From: Cycas panzhihuaensis
Taxonomy: Eukaryota; Plantae; Cycadophyta
NCBI GenBank assembly: GCA_023213395.1
Contig: CM041465.1
Span: 88,047,741 to 88,111,740, forward strand
Length of the DNA: 64,000 bases
Direction of reading: 5' to 3'
Positions 36,169-49,500 of this stretch are shown here, one piece after another. The position numbers and the translations under genes are program-made. Position 1 is the first letter of the stretch. Every line of letters begins with the position of its first letter. The notes beneath the pieces are model-generated. The model ran no database searches and had not been told where the DNA came from. It saw only the letters and a program-made list of their open reading frames with translations.

Positions 36169-37400
36169 CTCCTATGTTCAAAGGCTATTTACCTTGCATA
36201 GAAAGGTTTGATGAGAAGAGAAGGGCAGTTCATATACTAGATAAAGAATATATAATCTACTATGGCTAAATATAGTTTTTAATTATATTTAGTTTGAAAT
36301 GGCTATTATGGCTGATAAGGAGTTAGCACAAGTTATGTATGGCTAGATGATTGAAAACCTAAAAATTTAGCTAAGTAGGCTTAAAATTGAGCTAGTAATA
36401 TTTATTTAGAGATCTAGAAATGGGTTCTACTTCTTTTTAAAATCTTGGTAAAGGAAGATATAGAAATAATAGACAAGACTATAGTATATATTATCTATTA
36501 CATTTAGAAAGGAAAGTAATATTTTATTGACATGATATGGTGAGTTCATTTCTCACTCACAAACTATAGAGGATTAAAGAAGGATGTAATTTCCATATGA
36601 TGGAATATTTAAACTATGACATTCTTGGCTCTTTTCAACTACAACCACCATTTTTAATGTATTAAAAGAACCATAAAGTAGGCATGATAATTCCTTTATA
36701 TTACCCCAAGTTTTGGAATTGTAAACACCCCTTCTTTTCCTATGAACTTAAATATAAGTTCTTTGTTTTTATTGAAAGGGCTCTGGGAAGACCTTGGAGG
36801 ATCAATGAAAAGGTATAATTATGGTTAGATGAGGTAGGAAAGGAAATAAATAGAGATTTTATCTTTTCCCAAAGTATTACATCATCTAGTTTAATGGATT
36901 TTTAGGTTTTATTTTCTATCTTCCAAGTATCTATAGCATAGATTGTACTTTATGTAGATATTTAATTGATGCTCCTTAATAAAAGTCATAATGAGCCATA
37001 AATAGAAGAAGGCTCTATTCTGTGAGGTTTCTTATAGTAATTATCTATTAGCAAGTGGACAAATAATCAATAATAGCCCTTAATATTATAGAGTATACAA
37101 TCTTCAAGTTGAAGAAGACTATTGAAAGGTACTATTACCTAGATGGGGTTATGGCCTAACATTTAGCTTCATATGGGATGTATTAGTTAGTGAACCAACC
37201 TAATGTTTATGAACCATTTAGGAACCTTGGATTAGAAGATAAGGTTTTATAGGATGTAGCTCAAATATTATCTCTTAAATAATAAGACAACTCAATTTGG
37301 GAAACTAGAGAGGGTGCAAACTAGAGTAGAAGTAGGCATCATACATAGGAGAGGGTGCAAACTAGAGTAGAAGTAGGCATCATACATAGGGTTTCTAAAT
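36169..37400 (+). pseudogene. Decayed accessory ORF of unknown function downstream of gypsy pol; continues from ~4960-5094 once copia A is removed
   Basis: Coding-like stretches (FFSYELKYKFFVFIERALGRPWRINEKV*LWLDEVG; FPKYYII*FNGFLG..FYLP) lying 3' of the integrase at 3457-3850. Family assignment is from recall, not a search. Confidence 0.5.
37308..37389. repeat. Perfect 41-bp tandem duplication
   Basis: gagagggtgcaaactagagtagaagtaggcatcatacatag occurs twice in tandem. Confidence 0.97.
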
Positions 37401-37527
37401 CTACCAAGGTCATTTACCAAAGGGATAAAAATGCAAAGCCATGGATATGGAGAAAAGTAGTTAGATCTCTTCTTCTATCTCTTCTAAAAGAATAAGTGAA
37501 CCTGCTTTTAAAGATTTTCTTAATAAA

Positions 37528-37778
37528 AATATTAAATAAAAGATAAGCAGTATAACATAAAATGTAATAATATAAGGTGATATAACTATAAATAAACCAA
37601 AGAATGAAGTACATATAATCACATAAGACAATAAAGCTTGTGGGAAATGATCATATTTACAAGCTTTATTATCTTACATGTTTGTACATACTTCATTCTT
37701 TGATTTATTTATAGTTTATATCTTTAATCACCTCATGTTATTACATATTATGTTATGATATATATCCTTTTATAATAT
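37528..37778. repeat. Long imperfect palindrome (foldback), arms about 125 bp with no spacer
   Basis: Centre atga|tcat at 37650/37651. Arms pair: aataaagcttgt/acaagctttatt, caaagaatgaagta/tacttcattctttg, actataaataaa/tttatttatagt, ataacataa/ttatgttat. Confidence 0.92.
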
Positions 37779-40700
37779 GGTCATTGGGGCTTGGGTTGTA
37801 TCTAAACAAAATATCTCTCAACCTGTAAAATGTTTCTCTTATTTCAAATTTAGGCTAAGAGATATAAAGTCTAAGGGAACCTAAGTGACCACTGTTATCT
37901 GATTCCTAAGAAGGAGTCTCCACCTGATCGTTTCATTTAATGAGAATATGAATGAATGAGGTAACGAAAGGCTAGAATATGTGGGGGTGATTGAATCCAC
38001 TAGGTTACACAATTGGATGGAGGAGTTCTAAGTTCAGATTATGCTAACAATATTTCTTGTGTCCTTCCTACGGACTTCTTTCCTCTTATTCTTTCAACCT
38101 TTAGAATTGTACTTAAATGAAGGAGAAGGGTTAAGCGATGAAAAGGTTTTTGGCTTTTTTTCCCTATTTATTTTTTGTGTTTATTGTTTTTCTTTTTTTT
38201 TTTTACTTCCAATGAAATGAAATAAAGAATGATTAATGAAGCTACAATGATTATCCACCTAGTTTTTCAAAATATAAATAAGAGAACTAAACACACATGC
38301 AACCTTTTTTTATTTCTTGTTGAAGATGAGACATGTTAAAGATTAAACACAAAACAACTTTATTTGAGGTGTAACATACACTTTTTCTACAAAAAAAAAA
38401 AAAACTATTATGAAATGTAACTAACTCCACTTGTAACTATGTATATAAAATTGCCAAGAGATTCAATAATATGCAATTTTAATATGAGGCTTTTCATTAC
38501 AATTACATGCTATCTTTCTTTTGGGTAATGCTTCTATAATGAAAAGAGAGATTTATAAAGATTTACTACTACTGTTATAAATGATTTTCAAATCATAAAG
38601 AGTGCATGTAACCAATTATATCCAAGTCATAAACCTCAAGCAAGCAATAAATCAAAGGAATAAAGAAGTTCTATCACAATTGGAGTCTATAAGAAACCAA
38701 AGGGATCCTTGAACCTCTTATGATTTGATCAAATTAAGCACATATCATTACCAAATTTAGATTTCCTTTTTAAAGTAGATGAATAAACTAAACAGTGAAA
38801 TCATGTAAGAATAATACCATGACTTCTTTTCTATTTTAAAAAATCATGCCTGAGAATAACTTTATTTCTTTCATATGATCAAGATACTTCTAATTCTTCC
38901 TTTAAAACTAACAAAGGAGAAAGAGGAACAAGAATCATATGCTCAACTATAGCCACAAGCAAGTTAAAGATGAAAGTAAGCCTCTTGGAATTTAGATAGC
39001 TGCAAAAGAATGGGAAAGAGAAGCTATTTTGTGAATGAAGAGATGAGCATTTTTTACACTAGTCTTCTCTCCTTTTGTCCTACAAAGGCAAACATTTTAG
39101 CCTAATTTCTAAGATAAAAAAGAGTATAGAGACACCACAAATACCAGCAAAAAGAATAATAAGATTTTGAATATAAATAGTGATCAAAGATTAACAAAAT
39201 CACAAGAGTTCTTAATAGAAAATATCTTATTAGGAATAAAGGAGTTTAAAGCTAAAAACCTTAAGAGGAATTAAGAAATTTAAAGAACCAACCATAAAAA
39301 ACTTGAGCATTAGTGAAATAACAATTGAAGCATCAAAGTCTCCTCTTGATTTCACCCTTTTTCATCTCAAGAAATAGTCTTTCAAGTCATAACAGTAGAA
39401 AACCTCAAAAAATCTCTAAAAAATCTCAAGGAAGCTATCTCAAACTTGATTTCTAGCTCTCAAAATTTAAATGATAAACAACAATAGAGTTAGGGTTCAA
39501 TATGGGCATGAAAGAGATAAGTTTGCACCAAATCTAGGTGGCAGCATATAAAATTCTGATGTTCTGGATGAGTTTTACATGCATGACAGTAAAAAGCATG
39601 ACCGGTCACATTTTAAGACCAACAAAAAACGTGACTTTATACTAAAAATATGATTGATTGCATATTTGGCAAGATCAAAAACATGATAAATTAGGAGTTC
39701 AAAAATGGCTCATTAAAAGTTTAAAAAATATTTTTTATTAATGAATCGAAGCACAGATGACTTAATTAATGAGAAAAGAGGCCCAAAGTAATGAAATTGT
39801 TAAGCACAAGCCCAAAAATTAATTAAAAAGATAATGTAAGGGTGAAACCAAGATAAAAACATAAAAAAAGAAAGGTTCTAAAAGAAGAATTGAACTAAAA
39901 TAATTATGAAAGAAAAGAATTTAGTGCCATGGGTATCAGTCATTGGCAGGTGATAGCATATTCATATAACAATCATCATTCAACATACATCATCACTAAA
40001 ATCAATACAACATTTCATCAAAACATGGCCTAATGCATATAAAATAAGTCTAATCAATCATCCTCACATTAAAAAAATACAAGAAATATGCTAAAAGTGA
40101 TGAGGGCTAGGTTTTGATGAAACACACGGTATTAGAGCAAGATACTATGATCTTGTAGAGTAAAGCATATCTGAGTAAGAAGATTGAGGAGACCTCATGA
40201 AGGAGACTTCAATTAAGGATTCAAATAAAAGAAGAGCTAAGGATAACCTATATTAGGAGAAATTTAATAAGTAGATGTGATCATGATACATAGACATCAG
40301 TGATAGAGCCAGTATTAGCTAAAATTAAAGATTGTTAATTCTATTTGGTGAGTTTGATTTACATGTAGATTTTTATTTATGCATATGGCACCTTTATTAA
40401 ACATGCAAAGTTGTTATGGTGAGAACACAAGTATGAATTTATTTCTTGATATGATTATTAATGTTATTATTGAGTAAACTTAACTAGATATATTCTCTTA
40501 TATATAAGCCAATGGGAACACTATATTAGCAATACATATTATAATTAAATGTTTAACCTTGGCAGTTTAAATGTCAATGGTAATACTATATAAAAATATT
40601 ATAGAAAATACTTTTTACAAGATTAAAATAAGGGTTTGACAAGTTTATTAGGTGAAGCTCAAGGATTTGATAGATTAGTACAGATGAGAAAAATATATGC

Positions 40701-41204
40701 AATTATGCTACCATGGAAGAAATATATCATTAATACTCAACAATGCCCTAGCCTTTAGATGCAGCCAAAATTATAAATCTAAAGATAATTGACAACAAGG
40801 GCTATAGTTCTTATCTCCATGTGTTGTCTATAAGATGTTAAGAGAGAGCTATACCAATTATTTTTTAGATAATCTAATATTTTTTAACATTAGTATTATA
40901 AAATTTAATTAATTTTTATTTTGTGTCAAGTCTACAAAGCCCTTAGTGTGGTCACATGGTGGCTATGATATGACTAGAGTTGTTTTTGAAGGGGCCTTAA
41001 TTTTATTTTAACCTATTTTTTATTTTTTAATGATTTATTGGTAGTGTTTCCTCTATATCTTTTCATTGGGGTGTTAGAATTCAGTGTCATCTATTACATT
41101 AGGAAGATAATTAAGACATGGTTGAAATGGTTAGTTATATGACTCCTTTTGAGTTTTTTGTTATGCAGATTTTAATCAAGGAAGTTGTTTCTTATATTCT
41201 TATT

Positions 41205-41331
41205 TTAGAAAAAGATATACATTATAACATAATATATAAAAACATGAAGTGACTAAAGATATAAAATATTAATTAATTAAAAAATAAAGTGCGTATAAAC
41301 ATATAAGGCAATAAAGCTTGTGGAAAATGAT
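41205..41331 (+). repeat. Third copy of the palindrome arm
   Basis: aaaagata...ataacataa...caataaagcttgtggaaaatgat matches 37535-37651 and ends at the palindrome centre. Confidence 0.85.
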
Positions 41332-41399
41332 AATTAAGTATAATTGTCAAGCTCATAAGTGTAGAAACTTTATAAGAATGCTAATAATTCAAGACACAA

Positions 41400-42035
41400 A
41401 AGGTATATTTAAAGAGAATGGACTAGAGGCTTTATTTGAAAGCTAAAGAAGATGGAGGAGCAATGTGGTAATGTAGTCTAGCTCATATTGGCTTTATGTC
41501 AAAGATTTTAATATGTCCTAAATTAATTGGATTCTTAGCCTATTACCTAGTTCTTGATGTTTAGATAATTATGGGACCTAACAATCAACTACTGGCACTA
41601 CTAACATAGAGAACATTAGGATAATTTTTTATCTCCCTGAACCTAAGATTGCTTTTGACAATGATAAGTTATAGTCAACAGTAGATAAAGATAAGTAGTT
41701 GGAAATGCATATTGGGGAATGATATCTTAACTCTCCAAAGAGAAATATTAAAAAGGAGGGACTTAAATCTAAATTATTTAAGGATAATGTCAAGCTTTAG
41801 ATTTTACTCTTATTATAGGTATTTGGTTATAGTAATGATTCCTAACTCAAATTGATTCATGCATTTATAATTTTAAAATCTTTAAAGGAAAACTATTACA
41901 TAGATTAGGTCAAGATAGTAAGTAGAACTTTAGGTAATGTTTCCTATAATTTGAGAATAATATAGACATAATGGCAACAAGTAAGTGAAGGTATCTACTC
42001 ACCCTACTTAACATAGCTTAATGTAGCTTAGATTA
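41400..42035 (+). pseudogene. Second decayed accessory ORF of retroelement type, function unknown
   Basis: SLAHIGFMSKILICPKLIGFLAYYLVLDV*IIMGPNNQLLALLT...FKDNVKL*ILLLL*VFGYSND...YYID*VKIVSRTL...YSPYLT. Several stops fall at plausible Q/W positions. Confidence 0.5.
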
Positions 42036-42505
42036 GATGTTTTGTGAGTATATACCTTAGTTTGCTTATTTATTCATTATATGAGTTGATCATACCTTTT
42101 GTCAATGATGAATTTAATCATGGTTGATGGGTATATTAGTATGCCTTTGAGCTTAATGAGTTGAGAAAGACTGCCTAGTACCTCTACATGACACTATCTA
42201 TCCTTCTATTGCTCTGCTTACATCCTTCTTAATCTTACTTTGCTTTGTTAGCTTTATATTCAGTTATTTTTTGTCTTATTTCTCTATTTTATTCTCATCC
42301 CACCATCCTTCTTACCCATCCCACCATCTTTTAAGTTAGCCCACATTGATTGGTGAGTTTTTTTATTATTTTTTTGGCACAACAAACTCATATTTACTAG
42401 TACTTCACAGTACCATGAAGATTCTTTGTGGTATTGCACCAAACTTTGAAGTACCAATTTTTGCACTTATATTTTTTCTTTTAGTCCCACATTTGGTCAT
42501 ATATT

Positions 42506-43568
42506 TATGACACCCAAATGTGGGCCTCATTTAATATCTAGCCAAATCTATAGATGGACCATTGGTTTCATCGAAACCATAGGCCATGTCATATCTAAAA
42601 ACCATGTCTCCTATCATTTTAGGCCAAATCCATAGGAGAGTGCCCATGGATTTAGGCCCATGATTCCATCCCATATATTGGGCTTGAAACCATGGGTTTA
42701 TCCCTCTACCCTCAACTATATAAATCTCCCATTTTCCCAATTTAATGAGGTCAAGAAATTTCATGTTGAGATGCCATTATGTTGCTAGAATCCTACTATA
42801 ACTATTGAATCCTCATTGGTCTTCATATTGGCTTCTACTTTGTGCTCCATTCTACTTGTTTCTTATGTTGGAGTATTCATGGGTTGGAGTTACATTAACA
42901 TAAGCATCCTCTTTACCATTCAAAATGGGGTAATCCCCCCATCACTTTGGTTGGTTCTTAAGGTTTGAATTAACTTTTTTATGGTTTATGGAGCATTGCT
43001 TTTCATCCTCTCTTTTTTCTAATTGATGTTGTTTCATTTCTTATTTTTCCACTATTTTTTACCTATTTGCCCCTTGTCCAAGTGCCATGTGTCTTATAGA
43101 AGGAAGAGTGACCATGTATTGCTTAGTAAGTCTCCAAATGAAGGGATCAATTAGCCATTTTTAAGGTCCCCTTTCCCATATCCCATCATCCATTTAATTG
43201 TTTTGGGTATTTTACTTAGCATTTAATTTTATTTATATCCTCCATATTACAAATTTAGTGTATACTATCAAGTTTTTTATAGGTGGAGGAGCTTATCTTC
43301 CTACAAAATTTGAGAGTGTTTAGAGTGGAATAGATCCCTTTTCCTCCCTTCCTTCTCAATCCCCTTCTTATCAAGTTTGAGTGCCTATTGTGTAGCTGGT
43401 ATGCTACCAAAGTTTTTCCACAAACATCAAATATAAGGTAAGCAACCAACCTTCTTTTTTCACTTTTTTCATGATATTCAAGGTTAGATTAGAAACTTTT
43501 TTCCATCATAATTTAATTTGGTAAGCAAAAATATTATTGAATTTTTGCTAGAAATTTGCTTTTTTACA
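42506..43568 (+). repeat. Putative 5' LTR of the non-chromovirus gypsy
   Basis: Starts tatgacaccc (decayed tgtgacaccc), has a TATA-like ctatataaat ~42716, ends ttttaca followed by a heavily decayed PBS-like string. No partner LTR found. Confidence 0.5.
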
Positions 43569-46500
43569 GTTGTATACTCAACTAACCTTGTTGTAAGTCC
43601 ATTTGATGATTTAGCATATGAAAATTGCTATGAAAAAATATAAAAATTATGGATTTAGGTAGCTTGTTAGGTATTTCTCATCAAATCCCTCCTAAATAAT
43701 CTTCTTTTGCTTTTAAACAAAAAAGAAAAGAGAGAAATATCTTTCTTTTAGTTGATAGTTTTATTTTGAAAAAAGGGAAGGTACAAAATGTTAGTTTTCC
43801 TATCTATTTGAGCATTTGTGATTGATGTTCTTCTACCCTTACCCTTAAGTCGTTTATTCACTTTATAACGAGAAAGGAAAACCAATGAGAAAAAGAGGAT
43901 AAAAGGAACTTGTTTATATTACAGTTTTCATTGCATTATGCATCTTGTTTTGGTGACGTGTGTATATTTTCAAAGGCCAAATAAAGGAGAAGGTCTCACT
44001 TATTATAAGCCCTTGAATTCATGGGGCTATATTTGCTTTCAGTTAGTTAGGATTCTATGTTTTTTTCATGTAAGCATAAGTGTATGCTAGTTGCATTAGG
44101 GGTTTATCTCTCTACTTCTTTAGTCCTCATATGATAGAGTCCTTTCCATCAAAGTGGGGGGGTAATTTCTTTTATAATTAGGTGTTATTTTCAAATGAGA
44201 GGGGTTATCTTATGCCTATAGGTGTTGAGTCTCTTATCCATATTCTAAATAGGTAGTTAAAGGGTACCTATCCTCACCATGTGCTAACACATAGGGTATG
44301 GACAATTAAATGAACTTCATCTCTCATGTTGAGAGTGGTGGCCTTTATCTTCCTTCACCCTTATAGAGCTTGAGGTTTATTGGAATTAGATACAGGCACT
44401 ACTTGGCCACTTTTACATTCATGTAAGAGCCATCTCCAACATTGACAAGTCTCTACCAAATTATCTACGAGCAAAACTATCCTATTGTCTTAAGTCACTT
44501 AGACCTCTCACTCTAGGTAGTCTCTTCCTTTTCTTATAGATAGAGTCTATTGAATTAAGTAAAGTAGGAGTTAGGGGGTTAAGATATATCAATCATCCCA
44601 AGGGATTGTAGATGCCGTAGGTTAGGCATGTAGTTATGTAGGAGTTATGGGCACTCATGCTTAATCAACCCCCTTGTACCATGAGGGCATTTACATGTAC
44701 CTAGTCCTTCCAAAGATGTTAATATAGGTTTATTGATATTATCTTAGTATTTGCTAGCCTTATTTCATTTATATTTATTTTTTGGTCATTGCATATTTGT
44801 CTCATCTACCTAGTTATACCATCATTTTATCTTTTTATCTCGTAGTTAGCATTGTCCTTCTTTTTATTTTGATTTCACTTGGCACGTTGCACTCAGGCCA
44901 TATTACCCTTAGTCCTAACTAACCAATCAAGTGTCATCTTCCCTGCATGTATGTACATAAGATGCATAAGCATCCTATGGGGGTGTATATTCACACCCTT
45001 CCTTACTCTAGTCCTTATCACCCTTTAGGCCTTCCATGTGATAGTAATTTATACATCTTCTCCCCTCACTTGTATGTGTTCACTAGCAACTATACTAGGG
45101 ACTTGCCATTAGGGTATTAACTTTGTACTTCTTTACCTTCACCTTCCTCTTCCCTTTGCTTCAGTGCTTTGAGTTATGATGAGATTTTATTTATGGTTTG
45201 TGTGAGGATCCCTTACATGTTCCCCTTACTTTTAGGACCTTGATGCATGTCACCCCACTCTTTTTATCTATGTTCTTTCTCTTTTATTTTTTCTCTTATA
45301 TGTGATGAATTTCTCACCACCTTTGAGGCCTCTCTCCATATAAGTTTAATCTGATTTATCCACCTAACTCCTTACCTAATGAGTTATCTTCAATGATGGG
45401 TCAAATCCCTCTTGAGTGGTCTTAAGACCCTTTCCATCCGTATCCCTTCTACCAACCTCAGGACCCTTATCAGGCATAACATCCTTATTAAGCTTATGCT
45501 TAGGATTGGTCCCAAACCACTAAGTCTTACCCTTCTTGCCTACCTTATTAAGAAGGTGTGGACCTTGCCTATTAGGCCTATGATGTTAAAGTAGTTTTAT
45601 TATAACCTTATAGGCTCCCTTGCTCACATGATTGAGGTTGTCCATCCATATGATCCTTCTTAGATATTAGATCCATTAGCTCAATCCTTTTCTTTTGACT
45701 AATCCTAGAGGGTTGAGTAAGTATTAAACCTATTTCAAATCTAAAATATAGCTTGGAATACCATGGTTACCTTAAGAGCCCAATTTGAGGAAGTGGAAGG
45801 TGAAGCTACTTGTACTTGGGCATGTTGTTTAGTTACTAGCACCCTTGCCTCCTTTATACCCATCCCAACTTTATCATTATCTAGTCAACCTCAACCTACC
45901 TCTTAAACCATTTCTTAATCTACCCCTGTGCTCACCTATAGTAACCTAATCCATGGGTCCCTCATCTAAAGCAGTCTCCTAACCTTCTCAAGTTTTATCT
46001 TAGCTTAGGTCCTCCACTCCCCCTTTAATTCCTCCATTTCCTAGCTTGTATACCCCTATTACTTAGCCAAGTATCACTTAGATGCCAACTTGTGTTCCAC
46101 CTTTCCCACCTTGTCCTCATTACATAAGACTTAGCAGAGTCCCTTAGCCTCTTCCCTATCCTTATCATCCTAATACATCCACCTATATCCCACTTTCTTG
46201 TACTACTCAGTAGTGGGGGCATAATGGATCTCATCCTTTAGCTACATATGGTGTCAATCTACTTCACCCATGTGGGGTTGTCCCTCTAGTTAGAGGCCCA
46301 TATAGGTAAAACCATTTTCCTCACCCTTCATTATATTCTGCTCCTTCTTATCTATCTATCATACCCAAACTTATACCTACTTATCAAATTTCACCTACTC
46401 AATCCTACTAAGCTTAACTTACCCCTCTTTTTACCCCACCTTATATTATTGGTCCTCAGAGAGCTATGGCTTAAGGCAATCCACCCTACCAACCCCCTCT

Positions 46501-49500
46501 ATATAGTGCCTCAAGCTATGCTTACCTACCCCCTAATGGTCCTCACCCTTATGCCCAAATAGTATTGTCATACATGGGTTGGGCCATTCCCCAATTAACT
46601 CCTTAGTACTAACCCTACTAATAAGGGTATACCCCTTATTTATACCCTAATCTTACCTAATATATCAACCCCAAATTGCATATCCCCCTCTTGATCCTTT
46701 AGCCTAACCTAGGGAATATCCCTTTATTGATTATAGGACTAGACCTCTTTCTCTCAAAGCTTTGAGAACTAGTTTGCCTCCCCACCATCCTAAAGTGCTT
46801 AAGTTTAAAGGTACTTTATCCTAAGACCCTGTTGACTATATTTAGGAATTTTCCATGGTGTGTATTGATTATTGGTCCTACAACCATATATTGATGAAGT
46901 TATTTTTGAGATCTCTTTAGGGGGATTCTCTCAAATGATTTTAGCATCTCCCAACCCACTCTATCATTTGCTTTTAATAGTTGGTTGGCATTTTGATCAA
47001 CTATTTTGATGTTACTTACCCTTTTGAGAGTGGGGATAAAGCTCTTCTCTCTCTTAAATAAGGCCAAGATGAGCTCAACCAAGACTTTGTATGCCATTTT
47101 CATGATCTCCTCCATTCCTCCAAGGCCACACTACTTAAGGATATTAAAAGAGATATTTACATCAATACCCTTCTCTTAGAGGCCCACACTGAAGTACTCA
47201 AAATAAATGTAATGATGTGTGACTTTGTCGTAGTCAAGTGCATAGACCTTGAGTCCATCAAGATCTAAGGCAATCTTAAGAAGGTCAATAGACCTTCTCA
47301 GCACCATGAAGCAATCCCTCTCTTACAAAATCAAAGGCCATAGTGACCTATTCCTAGGACTCCTATTGGCAATGCTACTAAAATTATAAACTCACTCATG
47401 TTAGTCATTCACTTATTTGAGTAAGTTATCAAAGACCTAAAGCTCCAACCAACTCATCCCTAACCTAAGCCACTTGCTCTTTAACATAGGTATAAGCATA
47501 TCCACTAAGCTAACTAGACTATTGCTTAGCCTAATTTGGATAATCTCGCCCCTACCTAAGACAAGAAAACCTAACCCCCTTTTGAAAGGTAATGGTGCAT
47601 TATATATGGGAATTATACCCATGGCAATGCCCACTACTGGACCCAACATCTTAAGTAAGCATCCCCTTTGGATCACCCTTTACAACTTGCCTCTAAATTA
47701 AACCTTAACTAACCAATCCACCAAGATCCTTTCCCAAGCCATGATGCTCTTGAGTAACTAACCCAACAATATAACCAATGATGAATCGGATGACCCTAAC
47801 CCTAAAGGAAACCACTAGCTAGCCCTAACCATGACTAGTCTAAAGACAAGGCTTAAGCTAAGCCATAGGGTTTACTTTATATAAAATACGAGACTTAGCC
47901 TAGGCTACCTAATTATATAATGAGAAGGGTAAAAGTGTCCTCTAGATGTTGGATACTATCTAGGTTTTTCCTATGGCCCATGCTCAAGTAGTTAAGGAAA
48001 CTAGAGTAGCCTCCTCTCATTAACAACCACCCATTGACCCTTCTCTTAATGAGATCCCTATCTTACCTAATACGTTCCTTGTTCATCCTAATAGATATGA
48101 TTTTAGGAGGGCACTTCCCCAACCCATTAATAAGAGGAAATCTTTCTCCATTGTGGAGAAGCTACACACCATCTTCATGGGTATGTCCATAATGGATGTC
48201 TTGTGAAGCTGCCTTGACCAATAAAACCTATGTTTGGACGACCTTGGGCATAAGAAAGTTCTTATTCACACTGTTACCACCAACTTTTAAAACTAACCAA
48301 TCATTTATTTAAACCCTAATAACCTACCTCCTACCAAGGAGCATGAGTACTATTAGCACTATCCTTTTGCCACCACCATCAAAATTGTAGACTTTACCCT
48401 AAAAAATATCATTGTCAATAATAGGCTTTTGGTTAATACCATGCCTACTCAAATGCTTGAGAAATTAGGCATTAGGGCTCATAAGTCAATTTTGTGGAAG
48501 TGGTAAGGATGTAATAGAAATAAAAAGGCAACCCTAAGGATAGTAACCCTTCCCCTGACCCTTAAGGATAAAGCCATCATTGTTGACATTGTCATCCTTG
48601 ATATTGATATTGATTATAACCTCCTTTTGGAATAACCTTGGTTAGACTAGATGGAGGCATTATGCTCCTCTTTATGGGGGTAATTAAAATTTATTTATGA
48701 TAGAAGAGTTCAGGTTATAGCTTATGAGCCCCACCTTCTTGATCCTCCTAGCTAGTTGTCCTAGCCATCTTCTATATCAAGGATGGTGAGATTGAAGAAC
48801 CAAATCCCTCCCTTAATTCCTTCTTTTAAGAATTTAATCTTCAAACTAAAGAAGACCCCCCTTTTCCTAAACCAAATATGGTCCACTTTGCTCCCATTAG
48901 CATAGGTAGTTATGGTTACCAAACTATCCTTAATGACCTTGAGTTTGATGTTGAGGATATTAAGCCTCTTGTATGTCAGGTGGATGTCATCTCTTAATCC
49001 TAGGGAGAATTGTCTTACATAAACATTTCCCCTCCTATTTATTAACTAGATCATTGATACGATGATGAGTTTTAAGGTCATGTCCTTAATGGATGGCTTC
49101 TGGGCCTATAATCAAATCTAAATTTTGCCTGAGGACCATTACAAGATGATCTCTACCACCCCATGGGGGACTTTTGCCTATGTGGCAATGCCCTTTGGCC
49201 TTAAAAGTTCTTGTGTAATGTACTAATAAGTCATGCATTTCATTTTCCATGACTTCATCAATAAAATTATTGAGGTATTCATGAACAACTTATTGGGCCT
49301 CTCATATAAAAGGATTGATATTCCAACTAACCTTATAAAAGAATTCTAAGGATGTCAAAAGTTTCATGTTAACCTAAATCCATATAAATGCTTATTTGCT
49401 ATTATGGATTGTAAGTTGTTGAGTTTTCTCATCTCTTAGAAAGGCATCCAAGTTGATCCTTATAAGGTCAAAGCAATCTTAGAGATGCCCTCACCTAAAA

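Noticed and set aside
37308-37389. Direct repeats as a possible CRISPR array (also 50311-50398 and 61150-61389)
   Set aside because: Only two copies each, no repeat-spacer periodicity, no cas genes, and a eukaryotic TE context.
40620-40875. Coding-like stretch inside the putative TIR-bounded block
   Set aside because: No transposase or other motif is recognisable in the + strand frames I translated, and it has multiple stops.
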